Source: a virus
Taxonomy: Duplodnaviria; Caudoviricetes
Strand: one strand, 5' to 3'
Length of the DNA stretch: 64,000 nucleotides
IMG/VR virus record: IMGVR_UViG_2523533545_000002
Span: 2,718 to 66,717 of that record
The notes below the pieces were generated by a model. The model was given only the letters and a program-made list of their open reading frames with translations, had not been told where the DNA came from and did not search any database. Positions 27,865 to 36,051 of the stretch are shown in pieces. Positions within the stretch are counted from its first letter, which is position 1, and each line of letters begins with the position of its first letter. Made by a program: the position numbers and the translations under genes.

Positions 27865-28903
27865 CGAAGGCTATCTGACCGATGCGGCCACGCGGCACCA
27901 GGTGCATGTCCAGCGCTACGCCGGAGGCACTCTGAAGAAGCTGGCCAAGTTCATCAGCAAGGCCATCAGCACAGCCAAGGCGCGCGTTGCCGACGGGTTG
28001 AGCCTGTACGGCAGCAAGCGCTACGAGCGGCAGATACAGGCATTGCAGGGCGATCTGGCGACCATCTACGGCGACATGAAGAGGCAGGCCATTCTGGATC
28101 TGACAGAATTCGGCGGCTACGAGGCCGAGTTCAACATGACGCTGCTGGGCAAGGTCGTGAAGACGGTCGTCCAGCTGAACACGCCAGTACCAGCCCAGAT
28201 CGCAGCGGCGGCCCTGGCCGATCCGATGGACCTTGAAGTCGGGAAGGGCAGGCAGCGCATCAGCATTGCTGGCGCTCTGGATGAGTTCGGCACCAAGAAG
28301 TCGGCCGAAATCATCAGCCAGATTCGGGTTGGTTCAGCCTTGGGCGAAACCAGCGACCAGATCGCCAGGCGCCTGGCCCCGCTTGGTGTGAAGCAAAAGG
28401 AGCAGGCTGCAGCACTGGTCAACACCATGACCAACCACATCGCCAGTACGGCGCGCGTGGAAGTGCTCAAGGACAACGACGACATCCTCAAAGGTATGCG
28501 CCGCATTGCCACCTTGGACAGCCGCACGACGCTTCTGTGCATGAGCTTGGATCAAACCATCATCCCGCTGGACGGGCCCCGGCCTCCGTATCACTGGCGC
28601 TGCCGTACCACGCTGGTGCCGGTGCTCAAGGACGAATACGCCCGCGAGATTCCAGGCTCTACGCGTCCCTCTGTCGGGCCGGATGGTGTCGAGCAGGTCA
28701 GCAGCAAGACCAGCTACGGCGAATGGCTTGCCCGGCAGCCTGTGGCGTTCCAGAAGGACGTGCTCGGTCCGGCTCGCTATGAGCTGTTCAGCAAAGGCGA
28801 GCTGCCCATCGACCGGTTCGTCGACGACAACGGCAAGACACTGACCCTTCAGCAGCTGCGCGAGCGTGAGCCTATGGCTTTCGAGCGGGCAGGCATGAAC
28901 TGA
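27857..28903 (+). CDS. Head morphogenesis (Mu F / SPP1 gp7-like) protein
   Basis: ATLDSRTTLLC, PPYHWRCRTT. Confidence 0.88.
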   Translation: MSNEGYLTDAATRHQVHVQRYAGGTLKKLAKFISKAISTAKARVADGLSLYGSKRYERQIQALQGDLATIYGDMKRQAILDLTEFGGYEAEFNMTLLGKVVKTVVQLNTPVPAQIAAAALADPMDLEVGKGRQRISIAGALDEFGTKKSAEIISQIRVGSALGETSDQIARRLAPLGVKQKEQAAALVNTMTNHIASTARVEVLKDNDDILKGMRRIATLDSRTTLLCMSLDQTIIPLDGPRPPYHWRCRTTLVPVLKDEYAREIPGSTRPSVGPDGVEQVSSKTSYGEWLARQPVAFQKDVLGPARYELFSKGELPIDRFVDDNGKTLTLQQLREREPMAFERAGMN

Positions 28904-29020
28904 TCCGCGCCACAAAACACCACATCGCGCTTTCGTGGCGCGCACTTTCCAAGCCCTGGCTGAGCCGGGGCTTTTTTGTATCCGCAGGCAGGGCCTGCAC
29001 TACGTCTCTGGGAGACAGCA

Positions 29021-29731
29021 ATGACCTTGAAATTCCAACTGGACAGCCTCGAAGGCGTCGACGAATCCATTCAGGCTCTGTACGTCGAGAAGGACGGCAA
29101 ATTCGTTCTCGGCATCGAAGGGCTGCCACAGCCTGAGGATGTTTCTGGCCTGAAGTCGAAGGTCCAGGAGCTGCTGGATGAGAAGAAGGCTGCCGACAAG
29201 GCCCGCAAGGATGCCGAAGAGCAGGCCCGCTTGGAGCGCGAAGAGGCATTGCGCAAGTCGGGCAACGTCGAAGAGCTCGAGAAGTCCTGGTCCGAGAAGT
29301 ACGCGCGCCGCGAAGCAGAGCTGACCGGCACACTCGAAAGCGAGCGCACCACTCTGCAAGGCCAGATTCGGGATCTGACTGTGGGCCGCACCGCTACCGA
29401 GATCGCGACCACTCTGGCCATCCCAGGCAGCGCCAAGGCATTGCTCCCCCATATCGAACGCCGGCTGAGCGTCGAGCAGCGCGACGGTAAACCCACCGTT
29501 GTCGTGCTGGACGCGGCCGGCAAGCTCTCGGCGGCAACGCTGGATGAGCTGAAAGCTGAATTCACCAACGATCCGGCCTTCGGTCCGCTGATCGCTGGTA
29601 GCAAAGCATCTGGCGGCGGGGCCGGAGGTGCTGGAAAGGGCGGCGGGGCCGCAAAAGGAAAAATCGGCGGCACCAAAGAGGAACGCACGGCAGCAATCGC
29701 TGACCGGTTCCCAGACCTCCCACTGAAATAA
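29021..29731 (+). CDS. Capsid scaffolding protein
   Basis: Coiled coil with Gly-rich C-terminus, directly before the major capsid gene. Confidence 0.82.
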   Translation: MTLKFQLDSLEGVDESIQALYVEKDGKFVLGIEGLPQPEDVSGLKSKVQELLDEKKAADKARKDAEEQARLEREEALRKSGNVEELEKSWSEKYARREAELTGTLESERTTLQGQIRDLTVGRTATEIATTLAIPGSAKALLPHIERRLSVEQRDGKPTVVVLDAAGKLSAATLDELKAEFTNDPAFGPLIAGSKASGGGAGGAGKGGGAAKGKIGGTKEERTAAIADRFPDLPLK

Positions 29732-29743
29732 GGAAAAACACCC

Positions 29744-30721
29744 ATGTCCCTGTCGCAAATGCAGGTTTTCAACGAATACATCATGCCGGCGACCATCGAA
29801 ACGCTGGACCAGATGCTCGTTGCGTTCAACGCCGCCAGCCGCGGCGCAATCGTGCTGTCCCCGGACGGCTTCACCGGCGACTTCCTGCAGGAGTCTTTCT
29901 TCCAGACCCTGGCCGCCGCCCAGCGCCGCGTAGATCGCTACGCTGCCAACGGCGCCGCGCCGATCACCGACCTGACCGAGCTGAAGAACAGCTCGGTTAA
30001 AGTCGCCGGCGGCTTCGGCCCGGTGCGCTACGAGCCATCCCAGATGACCTGGCTGGAGCGTCCCACCGCCCAGGGCATCGAAGTTGCTTCGCGCGCCTTC
30101 GCTGAGATCCTGCTGAAGGATCAGCTGAACACTGCTATCGCCGCTCTGGTGGCTGCGATCACCGCCCAGGCCGCAGCAGTAAACGACGTGTCCGCCACTG
30201 CCGGTATTACCTATGCCGGCCTGAACAACGCCCACGCGAAGTTCGGTGATGCCAGCCAGAACCTGATCACCCAGGTAATGCAGGGCACCACCTACCACAA
30301 GCTGATCGGTCAGAACCTGGCTAACCAGCAGCAGCTGTTCCAGGCGGGCAACGTCCGAGTGATCGACATTCTCGGCAAGGTGTCGGTGGTCACCGATGCT
30401 CCTGCTCTGATGCAGGCGGGTGTCGATCCGGCGCCGGACAAGGAAATCATCCTTTCCCTGGTCCAGGGTGCAGCTCTGGTGCATGACGGTCGCGACATGA
30501 TCAGCAACGTCGACACCACCAACGGCAAAGAGCGCATCGAAACCACGCTGCAGGTTGATTACACCTTCGGCCTGGGCCTGAAGGGCTACACCTGGGACAC
30601 CGTCGCTGGCGGCAAGTCCCCGACCGATGCCGAGCTGGCGACCGGCACCAACTGGGACAAGACCGCCACCAGCATCAAGCACACCGCTGGTACGGCCCTG
30701 ATCGGCGACGCCTCCAAGTAA
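29744..30721 (+). CDS. Major capsid protein
   Basis: 325 aa, strongly biased codon usage, position after the scaffold gene. Confidence 0.88.
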   Translation: MSLSQMQVFNEYIMPATIETLDQMLVAFNAASRGAIVLSPDGFTGDFLQESFFQTLAAAQRRVDRYAANGAAPITDLTELKNSSVKVAGGFGPVRYEPSQMTWLERPTAQGIEVASRAFAEILLKDQLNTAIAALVAAITAQAAAVNDVSATAGITYAGLNNAHAKFGDASQNLITQVMQGTTYHKLIGQNLANQQQLFQAGNVRVIDILGKVSVVTDAPALMQAGVDPAPDKEIILSLVQGAALVHDGRDMISNVDTTNGKERIETTLQVDYTFGLGLKGYTWDTVAGGKSPTDAELATGTNWDKTATSIKHTAGTALIGDASK

Positions 30722-30771
30722 TCCAGTGATAGCGGGCCGGGCACGTCGCCTGGCTCGCTGAGGAAAAAGTC

Positions 30772-31491
30772 ATGATCAAGAACAACATCTGGTACCTGGC
30801 AGGCCCGTTCCACCAGTACCGGGAAAACGTGAAGGCCTTGGCCCAAGAGCACGGCCTGCGCATTGTCGACGCCAACGCTGCCCAGAGCCGCGAGGGGGAG
30901 GCCGAGGACGTGCCTGAGGTGACCATCCGGCCTGAGCTGAAGGCCGTTGTTGTGGCGCCAGGCATCGGCCATCAGGACATGGAGTATCTGCGCTCTCAGC
31001 TCGGTGCCATCGAAGAGCTGGCTGTATCGCTGGAGTCTGGGGTCCTGGATGTTCCGCGCGGCGATGGTGTGGCGCTGCGAATCCATGAATCTGTAGTTGC
31101 ACTACACAAGGACTTGGAGGCGCAGTCCGATCAACTTGTGTTGGTTCGGAAAATCGTTGAATCGTTCGCCGCGCAGAGCTTGGAGCGGCCAGAAGGTGAG
31201 CTTGGCGAAACCACTGACCACCTGCTCAAGGTGCTTGAAGCGGTCAACGCCGGAATTGCCAGCCTCCAGCGCGAGCGCGATGGGGAAGTCGAGAAGGCTC
31301 AGGATCTGCAGCGCAAACTGGATGAGTTCGTGGCGCAAACCGCTCAGGGCCGACAGGTGCCTGACGAAGAGCGAGAGGCGAAAGAAGTCGCGGAGCTCAA
31401 GGCTCGACTCGACGCCGCCAGCGTCAGCTACCGAGCCAATGCCTCGAAAGAGTCGCTTCAGAAATTGATCGACGATCTGTCGAAGGCGTAA
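30772..31491 (+). CDS. Head-associated protein with coiled-coil middle and C-terminal HeH/LEM-like motif
   Basis: LKARLDAASVSYRANASKESLQKLIDDL C-terminus. Confidence 0.65.
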   Translation: MIKNNIWYLAGPFHQYRENVKALAQEHGLRIVDANAAQSREGEAEDVPEVTIRPELKAVVVAPGIGHQDMEYLRSQLGAIEELAVSLESGVLDVPRGDGVALRIHESVVALHKDLEAQSDQLVLVRKIVESFAAQSLERPEGELGETTDHLLKVLEAVNAGIASLQRERDGEVEKAQDLQRKLDEFVAQTAQGRQVPDEEREAKEVAELKARLDAASVSYRANASKESLQKLIDDLSKA

Positions 31492-31530
31492 CACCGGGGC
31501 TACGGCCCCATTCATTCAAGCGGAGGCCTG

Positions 31531-31923
31531 ATGGCTACCTACATCACTGTGGCCGACGTCGACGAGATCCTCGGCCCAGACTGGACCACCGAGGACAAGA
31601 AGGCCGGCGCAGTCATGCAGGCCAACGCTTACCTGACCTCACTGAACCTGGTCGGCGTCGACATGGACAATGTGCCTGACGATGTAAAGCAAGCTGGCGC
31701 CCAACTGGCCAAGTGCGCAGCCGAGGGCAAGCTGTACCAGCAGCAGACTGAAGGCTCGCTTGAGTCCAAGACGGTCAAAGCCGGTTCGGTATCGACCAGC
31801 AAGTCTTTCGGTGCGCTCGACCGGTCGAGCAAGGCCGCTCAGCCTGCGTGCGTGCAGTTGGCCCTGGCCCTGCTAACACCTTGGCGCAGCAATCCTTTCG
31901 CTTTTGCTGTAAAGAGGGGGTAG
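31531..31923 (+). CDS. Head-tail adaptor
   Basis: MATYITVADVD...VPDDVKQAGAQLA; position. Confidence 0.75.
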   Translation: MATYITVADVDEILGPDWTTEDKKAGAVMQANAYLTSLNLVGVDMDNVPDDVKQAGAQLAKCAAEGKLYQQQTEGSLESKTVKAGSVSTSKSFGALDRSSKAAQPACVQLALALLTPWRSNPFAFAVKRG

Positions 31924-31925
31924 CC

Positions 31926-32306
31926 ATGGGGCTGCGCGACGATGTGCAGGCCGATCTGGCCGAGGCCTTCGATGAAGACCTAGCCGATGCGGTATCGACT
32001 TTTACCGGCACCTACATGGGCCCTGGTGTCTGGGACCCAGTCAACGAGACGACCACGGCCCAGCCAGTGACCTACACGGGGCGCGGCATCCTCGACGCCT
32101 ACGATAGCCGACGCATCGACGGGGTGAACATCCTCGTTGGTGATGTGCTGCTGATCTGCCTGGCCAACGAGGTCACCGACAAGCCTGCCGTAGGGCACAA
32201 GATCACTGCCGAAGACCTGCTCACCGGCGAGCAGGCGACCTACACCATCGTCAGTCCCGGTATTGACCCGGCCAAGGCCCACTATGAGATCCAGCTGAGG
32301 AGGTGA
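31926..32306 (+). CDS. Head-closure / head-tail joining protein
   Basis: Beta-rich, ends DPAKAHYEIQLRR; position. Confidence 0.7.
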   Translation: MGLRDDVQADLAEAFDEDLADAVSTFTGTYMGPGVWDPVNETTTAQPVTYTGRGILDAYDSRRIDGVNILVGDVLLICLANEVTDKPAVGHKITAEDLLTGEQATYTIVSPGIDPAKAHYEIQLRR

Positions 32307-32308
32307 CC

Positions 32309-32863
32309 ATGGCCAAGGGAAGAGGGTGGAGCGTTCCACCATCAGCATTCCGGGAGGAGGTGGACGAGGCGGTGGCCACCAGGTCTCGGGTCATCGCTAT
32401 GGCCATGCTTCGGGAGATCGTTTTCAAGTCCCCTGTAGGTAACCCTGATCTCTGGAAGGTCAACACTGAACAAAGGGCCCGAAATGTCTCGCAGGCAGAC
32501 GCCTATGACGCGGTGGCCCTGTCTCTCGGCAACAAGAAGCTGACGAAGAAAGAGCGGGACCAGAACTTCTATGTGAACGACTTGGCCGCAGGCAAAGGCT
32601 ACGTCGGCGGGAGGTTCCGTGCGAACAACATCGTGACGATAGGCGACCCTAGCTATTCCCAGTTGGATGCTACGGACGCCAATGGCTCAGCCACGATAGC
32701 GAAAGGCGCGGCCGTGTTGAACGGTGTTTCCGCCTACTCCGTCGTGTACATCCAGAACAACCTGCCATACGCGGAGCGCCTGGAGGACGGCCATTCCACC
32801 CAGGCGCCAGGAGGCGTCTATGCCGTCTCCTTCCATGGTGTCTCACAGGCCTACAGCTCATGA
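32309..32863 (+). CDS. HK97 gp10-like tail completion protein
   Basis: SPVGNP...GGRFRAN...NNLPYAERLEDGHSTQAPGG. Confidence 0.85.
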   Translation: MAKGRGWSVPPSAFREEVDEAVATRSRVIAMAMLREIVFKSPVGNPDLWKVNTEQRARNVSQADAYDAVALSLGNKKLTKKERDQNFYVNDLAAGKGYVGGRFRANNIVTIGDPSYSQLDATDANGSATIAKGAAVLNGVSAYSVVYIQNNLPYAERLEDGHSTQAPGGVYAVSFHGVSQAYSS

Positions 32864-33264
32864 CCTTTGAACAGATCCGCAACATCGTCATCGGGCGCAT
32901 GCAGCAGTGGACCGGTATCCCAGCGGAGAATGTGGACTACCCGAACAACGCCAAGCCATTCGATCCGGCTGGCAAGACCATCTGGGCGCGCCTGGCCGAT
33001 ATTCCTGGCCTGAGCAGTACTCCAGAGGTCGGAGTAGGGCCATGCGTTCGCCGCACTGGGATCATCGTTATTCAGCTGTTCGTTCCGACCTACGAGGGCA
33101 CTTTGGCGATCACGCGAGCTGCTGACACGCTGGTAGAACAGTTCGAGTTCTACAGCGATCCCACCGGCCCATTTGAGTGTCATGCGGCGTCCGCCCAGGT
33201 CGTCGGGGACGACGGCAACAACTGGTACCAGGTAAACGTGCGGATTCCATACCGGGCCTACTGA
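32860..33264 (+). CDS. Tail terminator protein
   Basis: RTGIIVIQLFVP...WYQVNVRIPY; position before the major tail gene. Confidence 0.8.
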   Translation: MTFEQIRNIVIGRMQQWTGIPAENVDYPNNAKPFDPAGKTIWARLADIPGLSSTPEVGVGPCVRRTGIIVIQLFVPTYEGTLAITRAADTLVEQFEFYSDPTGPFECHAASAQVVGDDGNNWYQVNVRIPYRAY

Positions 33265-33368
33265 GCCCCAATTCAGTTTCTGGTCACAGCTAGGGGGCAC
33301 CTGAAAGCGCCTTCCCTGGGGCGTTGCTGTGGCCGATCTATTTCCAGGGCTATTGCAGGGGATACACC

Positions 33369-33893
33369 ATGGACAAACTGATTATCGGCGATACCGAACT
33401 GAGCGTGATTGATCATGGCGGGCAGCCCTGTCTAACGCTGTCGGAAGTCGCTATTGCGCTTTACGGAAAAGGGGGCGACCAAACTGACGCACCCTTTGAT
33501 TCTGCTGTGCGCCAGGTGCAGAAGCTATACACGCGGCATGCCGATGAGTTCACCAAGACCATGACTGGCATGGTCAAGATGCAGACACGCGGCGGCGAAC
33601 AGTATGTGCGCGTATTCAGCCTTCGTGGCGCCCACCTGCTCGGCATGTTTGCTCGAACCGAGCGCGCCAAGCAGTTCCGTCGCGCCGTACTTGATGTGCT
33701 GGACGAGCAGGTTCGCCAGGGCGAGACGCTCAGCGCCGAGTTTCAGCGAACTCTTCTCGAGTACAGCGGCAAGCAGGCCTTGGCCAGCCTCTGCGGGAAA
33801 GGCCTGCGTCAGTGGCAAAGGCAGAAGCCTCCGCTTGAAGCGAAGCTTGACGATCTTGCCTCGCAGATGCAGCCATCCCTGCCTCTTCATTGA
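33369..33893 (+). CDS. Bro-N / P22 antirepressor-like protein inserted in the tail operon
   Basis: YTRHADEF, VRVFSLRGAHLLGMFARTERAKQFRRAVLDVLD, ASLCGKGL. Confidence 0.8.
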   Translation: MDKLIIGDTELSVIDHGGQPCLTLSEVAIALYGKGGDQTDAPFDSAVRQVQKLYTRHADEFTKTMTGMVKMQTRGGEQYVRVFSLRGAHLLGMFARTERAKQFRRAVLDVLDEQVRQGETLSAEFQRTLLEYSGKQALASLCGKGLRQWQRQKPPLEAKLDDLASQMQPSLPLH

Positions 33894-33946
33894 TCTCGTA
33901 AATGTGATCTCGGCTCACAATTAGCCGACCAAAACCTCGCAAATGC

Positions 33947-33968
33947 ACCGCCACATGGCGGTTTTTTT
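33947..33968 (+). terminator. Intrinsic terminator
   Basis: ACCGCC/GGCGGT stem plus T7. Confidence 0.65.
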
Positions 33969-33994
33969 ACGCCTATTGATAGGAGAAACACCCC

Positions 33995-35164
33995 ATGAGT
34001 AGCGGTGCAAAACGCTCAACCGCGTGGATTCGCGAAGTGACGCCAGGGATTACCCCGCCGGGCCCATGGAACGTGCTGACCCGCGTCAGCTTCGGCCTGG
34101 TGCCCACCTACAACACCGAAGAGAACAACGAGATCGGCGAAACCCGGATGTCGCAGGGCACCGCCCAGACCACCGTGGACGTTGGCGGTGATATCGAAAC
34201 CAAGTTCCGCTACGGCGCCCTGGACGAGTTCCTGGCCTCCTGCTTCGGTGCGAACTGGGTCGGCAATACCCTGACCATGGGCAACGAGCGAATCTCGTTC
34301 TCCATCGCCGCATACGACGCTGACGTGGGAATCGCGGGCATTGCCCGGGGCGCTCAGGTTGACACGATCAACATCGAGGTCCCGAACGACAACGAGATCA
34401 GCGTCACCACGACGTTCATGGCCACCTCGTGGCAGGACAAGGCCGACAACTCGTCGTTCATCGTCAGCCCTGCACCCGAGGCCAGCCAGCGGCGCTACGA
34501 TTTCAAGGATGTGACCGGCCTGAAGATCAATGGCGTGCAACTGGGTGACGACAACGCGTGCGTTGACACCTTCAACCTGCAGTTCGCCAATAACTCCCAG
34601 ACCCAGCGATGCATCGGAAACGGCAACCCGTTCGCTGGCAACATCATTCAGACCACCTTCGTGCCAGGCGGCTCGATCACCATGAGCTGGTCCAAGACCG
34701 CCTACGAGTACTGGAAGGCGCAGCAGACCGGTGATTCGCTCAGCTTTGAATTCACCCTGAGCAATGCAGACGGTGGCTACACCTTCCTCATCCCTGAGAT
34801 GGAAGTCAGCGGCGACTGGCCGGACGGCGGCGCCACCGACATCATCCAGGTGGAGTTGACCTATACCGCTCGCCGCGTGCCACCGACCATCACCCGCCTG
34901 CCAGCGCCTATCGCCATCGCAGCGGTGACCGTCACCCCGGACACCATGAGCCTGGCTGTAGACGAAACCGCCGATCTCGAGGCAGCGGTAACCCCAGTGG
35001 GCGCAAGCCAGCTGGTCACCTGGATCTCCTCGGCCCCAGCCATCGCCAGCGTGAGCGCGACCGGCCTGGTCACTGCCCTTGCAGTGGGCACCGCCAACAT
35101 CACCGCGACCAGTGCAGCAGACGGCACCAAGACCGACACCTGTGCTGTTACCGTCACCGCTTAA
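33995..35164 (+). CDS. Major tail (tube) protein with C-terminal Ig-like domain
   Basis: MSSGAK N-terminus; C-terminal VTVTP...VTWISSAPAIASVSATGLVTAL (Big_2-like). Confidence 0.9.
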   Translation: MSSGAKRSTAWIREVTPGITPPGPWNVLTRVSFGLVPTYNTEENNEIGETRMSQGTAQTTVDVGGDIETKFRYGALDEFLASCFGANWVGNTLTMGNERISFSIAAYDADVGIAGIARGAQVDTINIEVPNDNEISVTTTFMATSWQDKADNSSFIVSPAPEASQRRYDFKDVTGLKINGVQLGDDNACVDTFNLQFANNSQTQRCIGNGNPFAGNIIQTTFVPGGSITMSWSKTAYEYWKAQQTGDSLSFEFTLSNADGGYTFLIPEMEVSGDWPDGGATDIIQVELTYTARRVPPTITRLPAPIAIAAVTVTPDTMSLAVDETADLEAAVTPVGASQLVTWISSAPAIASVSATGLVTALAVGTANITATSAADGTKTDTCAVTVTA

Positions 35165-35221
35165 CCCTTCGCCCGGCGCGCCCTGCGGTGTGCGCTGGGC
35201 CTTTTACCGCAGAGGATTACC

Positions 35222-35737
35222 ATGGGCATCACTATTGCCAAGAAGCCAGAGCTCGACATTGATGGCACCCGTTGGGTCGAAATCGCCAAGGGTGCGAAAA
35301 TCCTGGTCGGCTCTACCGCCAGCCCGCTGTACAAGTCGCACTACGCGCTGATCCAGCGCCACCTCGCATCCATCGACATGCAGACCCGTGTTGGCACCAA
35401 GGACTTCAGCATTGCCGATGCGGAGCCGGTTGTTTTCGAGCAGGAAAGCGAGATGCTCTTCGATTTGGTCTCCAAGCATCTGATCCAAGACTGGGAGGGC
35501 GTCGATGAAGCCGACAGTCCCGGCATCCCCGCGCCTTACTCGCCAGGGCTCTGTAAGGCGCTTCTTAGGCAGATGCCCGAGGTCTACTTCCTGGCAATCA
35601 AGACAGGTAGCGACATTGCCCGCCGGATCGAAGAGAAGGCTCAGGCAACCGCAAAAAAGCCATCGACGCCTACATCTGGGGGCGGGAGTGGGCGGGCGAA
35701 AGCAATGAAAAAGCCCGCTGGAAGCGCGAAAGGCTGA
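35222..35737 (+). CDS. Tail assembly chaperone (G-like)
   Basis: Between the tail tube and tape measure genes; contains slippery A-AAA-AAG at 35653-59. Confidence 0.85.
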   Translation: MGITIAKKPELDIDGTRWVEIAKGAKILVGSTASPLYKSHYALIQRHLASIDMQTRVGTKDFSIADAEPVVFEQESEMLFDLVSKHLIQDWEGVDEADSPGIPAPYSPGLCKALLRQMPEVYFLAIKTGSDIARRIEEKAQATAKKPSTPTSGGGSGRAKAMKKPAGSAKG

Positions 35738-36015
35738 AAGGCGTAGCGCCGGTACCGCCTCAGCCCGAAATTGATGGCGTCACTGCCGAGGTCCTTGAGG
35801 CCTACGGCTCTATCAGCCGCACCCGGCAATACGTCGGAATGATCGGCGCTCCCGCACCAATCTCCCCGGCAGCCATCACTGACTATATGGCCCGCTATCC
35901 CACAGCGATTTGTCGCGATGAGTTCGACGCTGCGATTTTCGCGCTGGATGACGAGTACCGCAGGCACTGGGACGAGCAGCAGGAGAAGGACAGGTCGACG
36001 CCGCCAAAACGATAG
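35653..36015 (+). CDS. Tail chaperone -1 frameshift extension (GT-like)
   Basis: The -1 frame from 35659 is open for 118 codons (AIDAYIWGREW...RSTPPKR) to TAG at 36013-15. Confidence 0.85.
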   Translation, partial: KKAIDAYIWGREWAGESNEKARWKRERLKGVAPVPPQPEIDGVTAEVLEAYGSISRTRQYVGMIGAPAPISPAAITDYMARYPTAICRDEFDAAIFALDDEYRRHWDEQQEKDRSTPPKR

Positions 36016-36051
36016 CCCGCCAAGCGGGTTTTTTTACGCCTGGAGAATGCT

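Noticed and set aside
29000-30682. 560-aa minus-strand ORF
   Set aside because: Antisense shadow of the highly codon-biased scaffold and capsid genes; no motifs or RBS.
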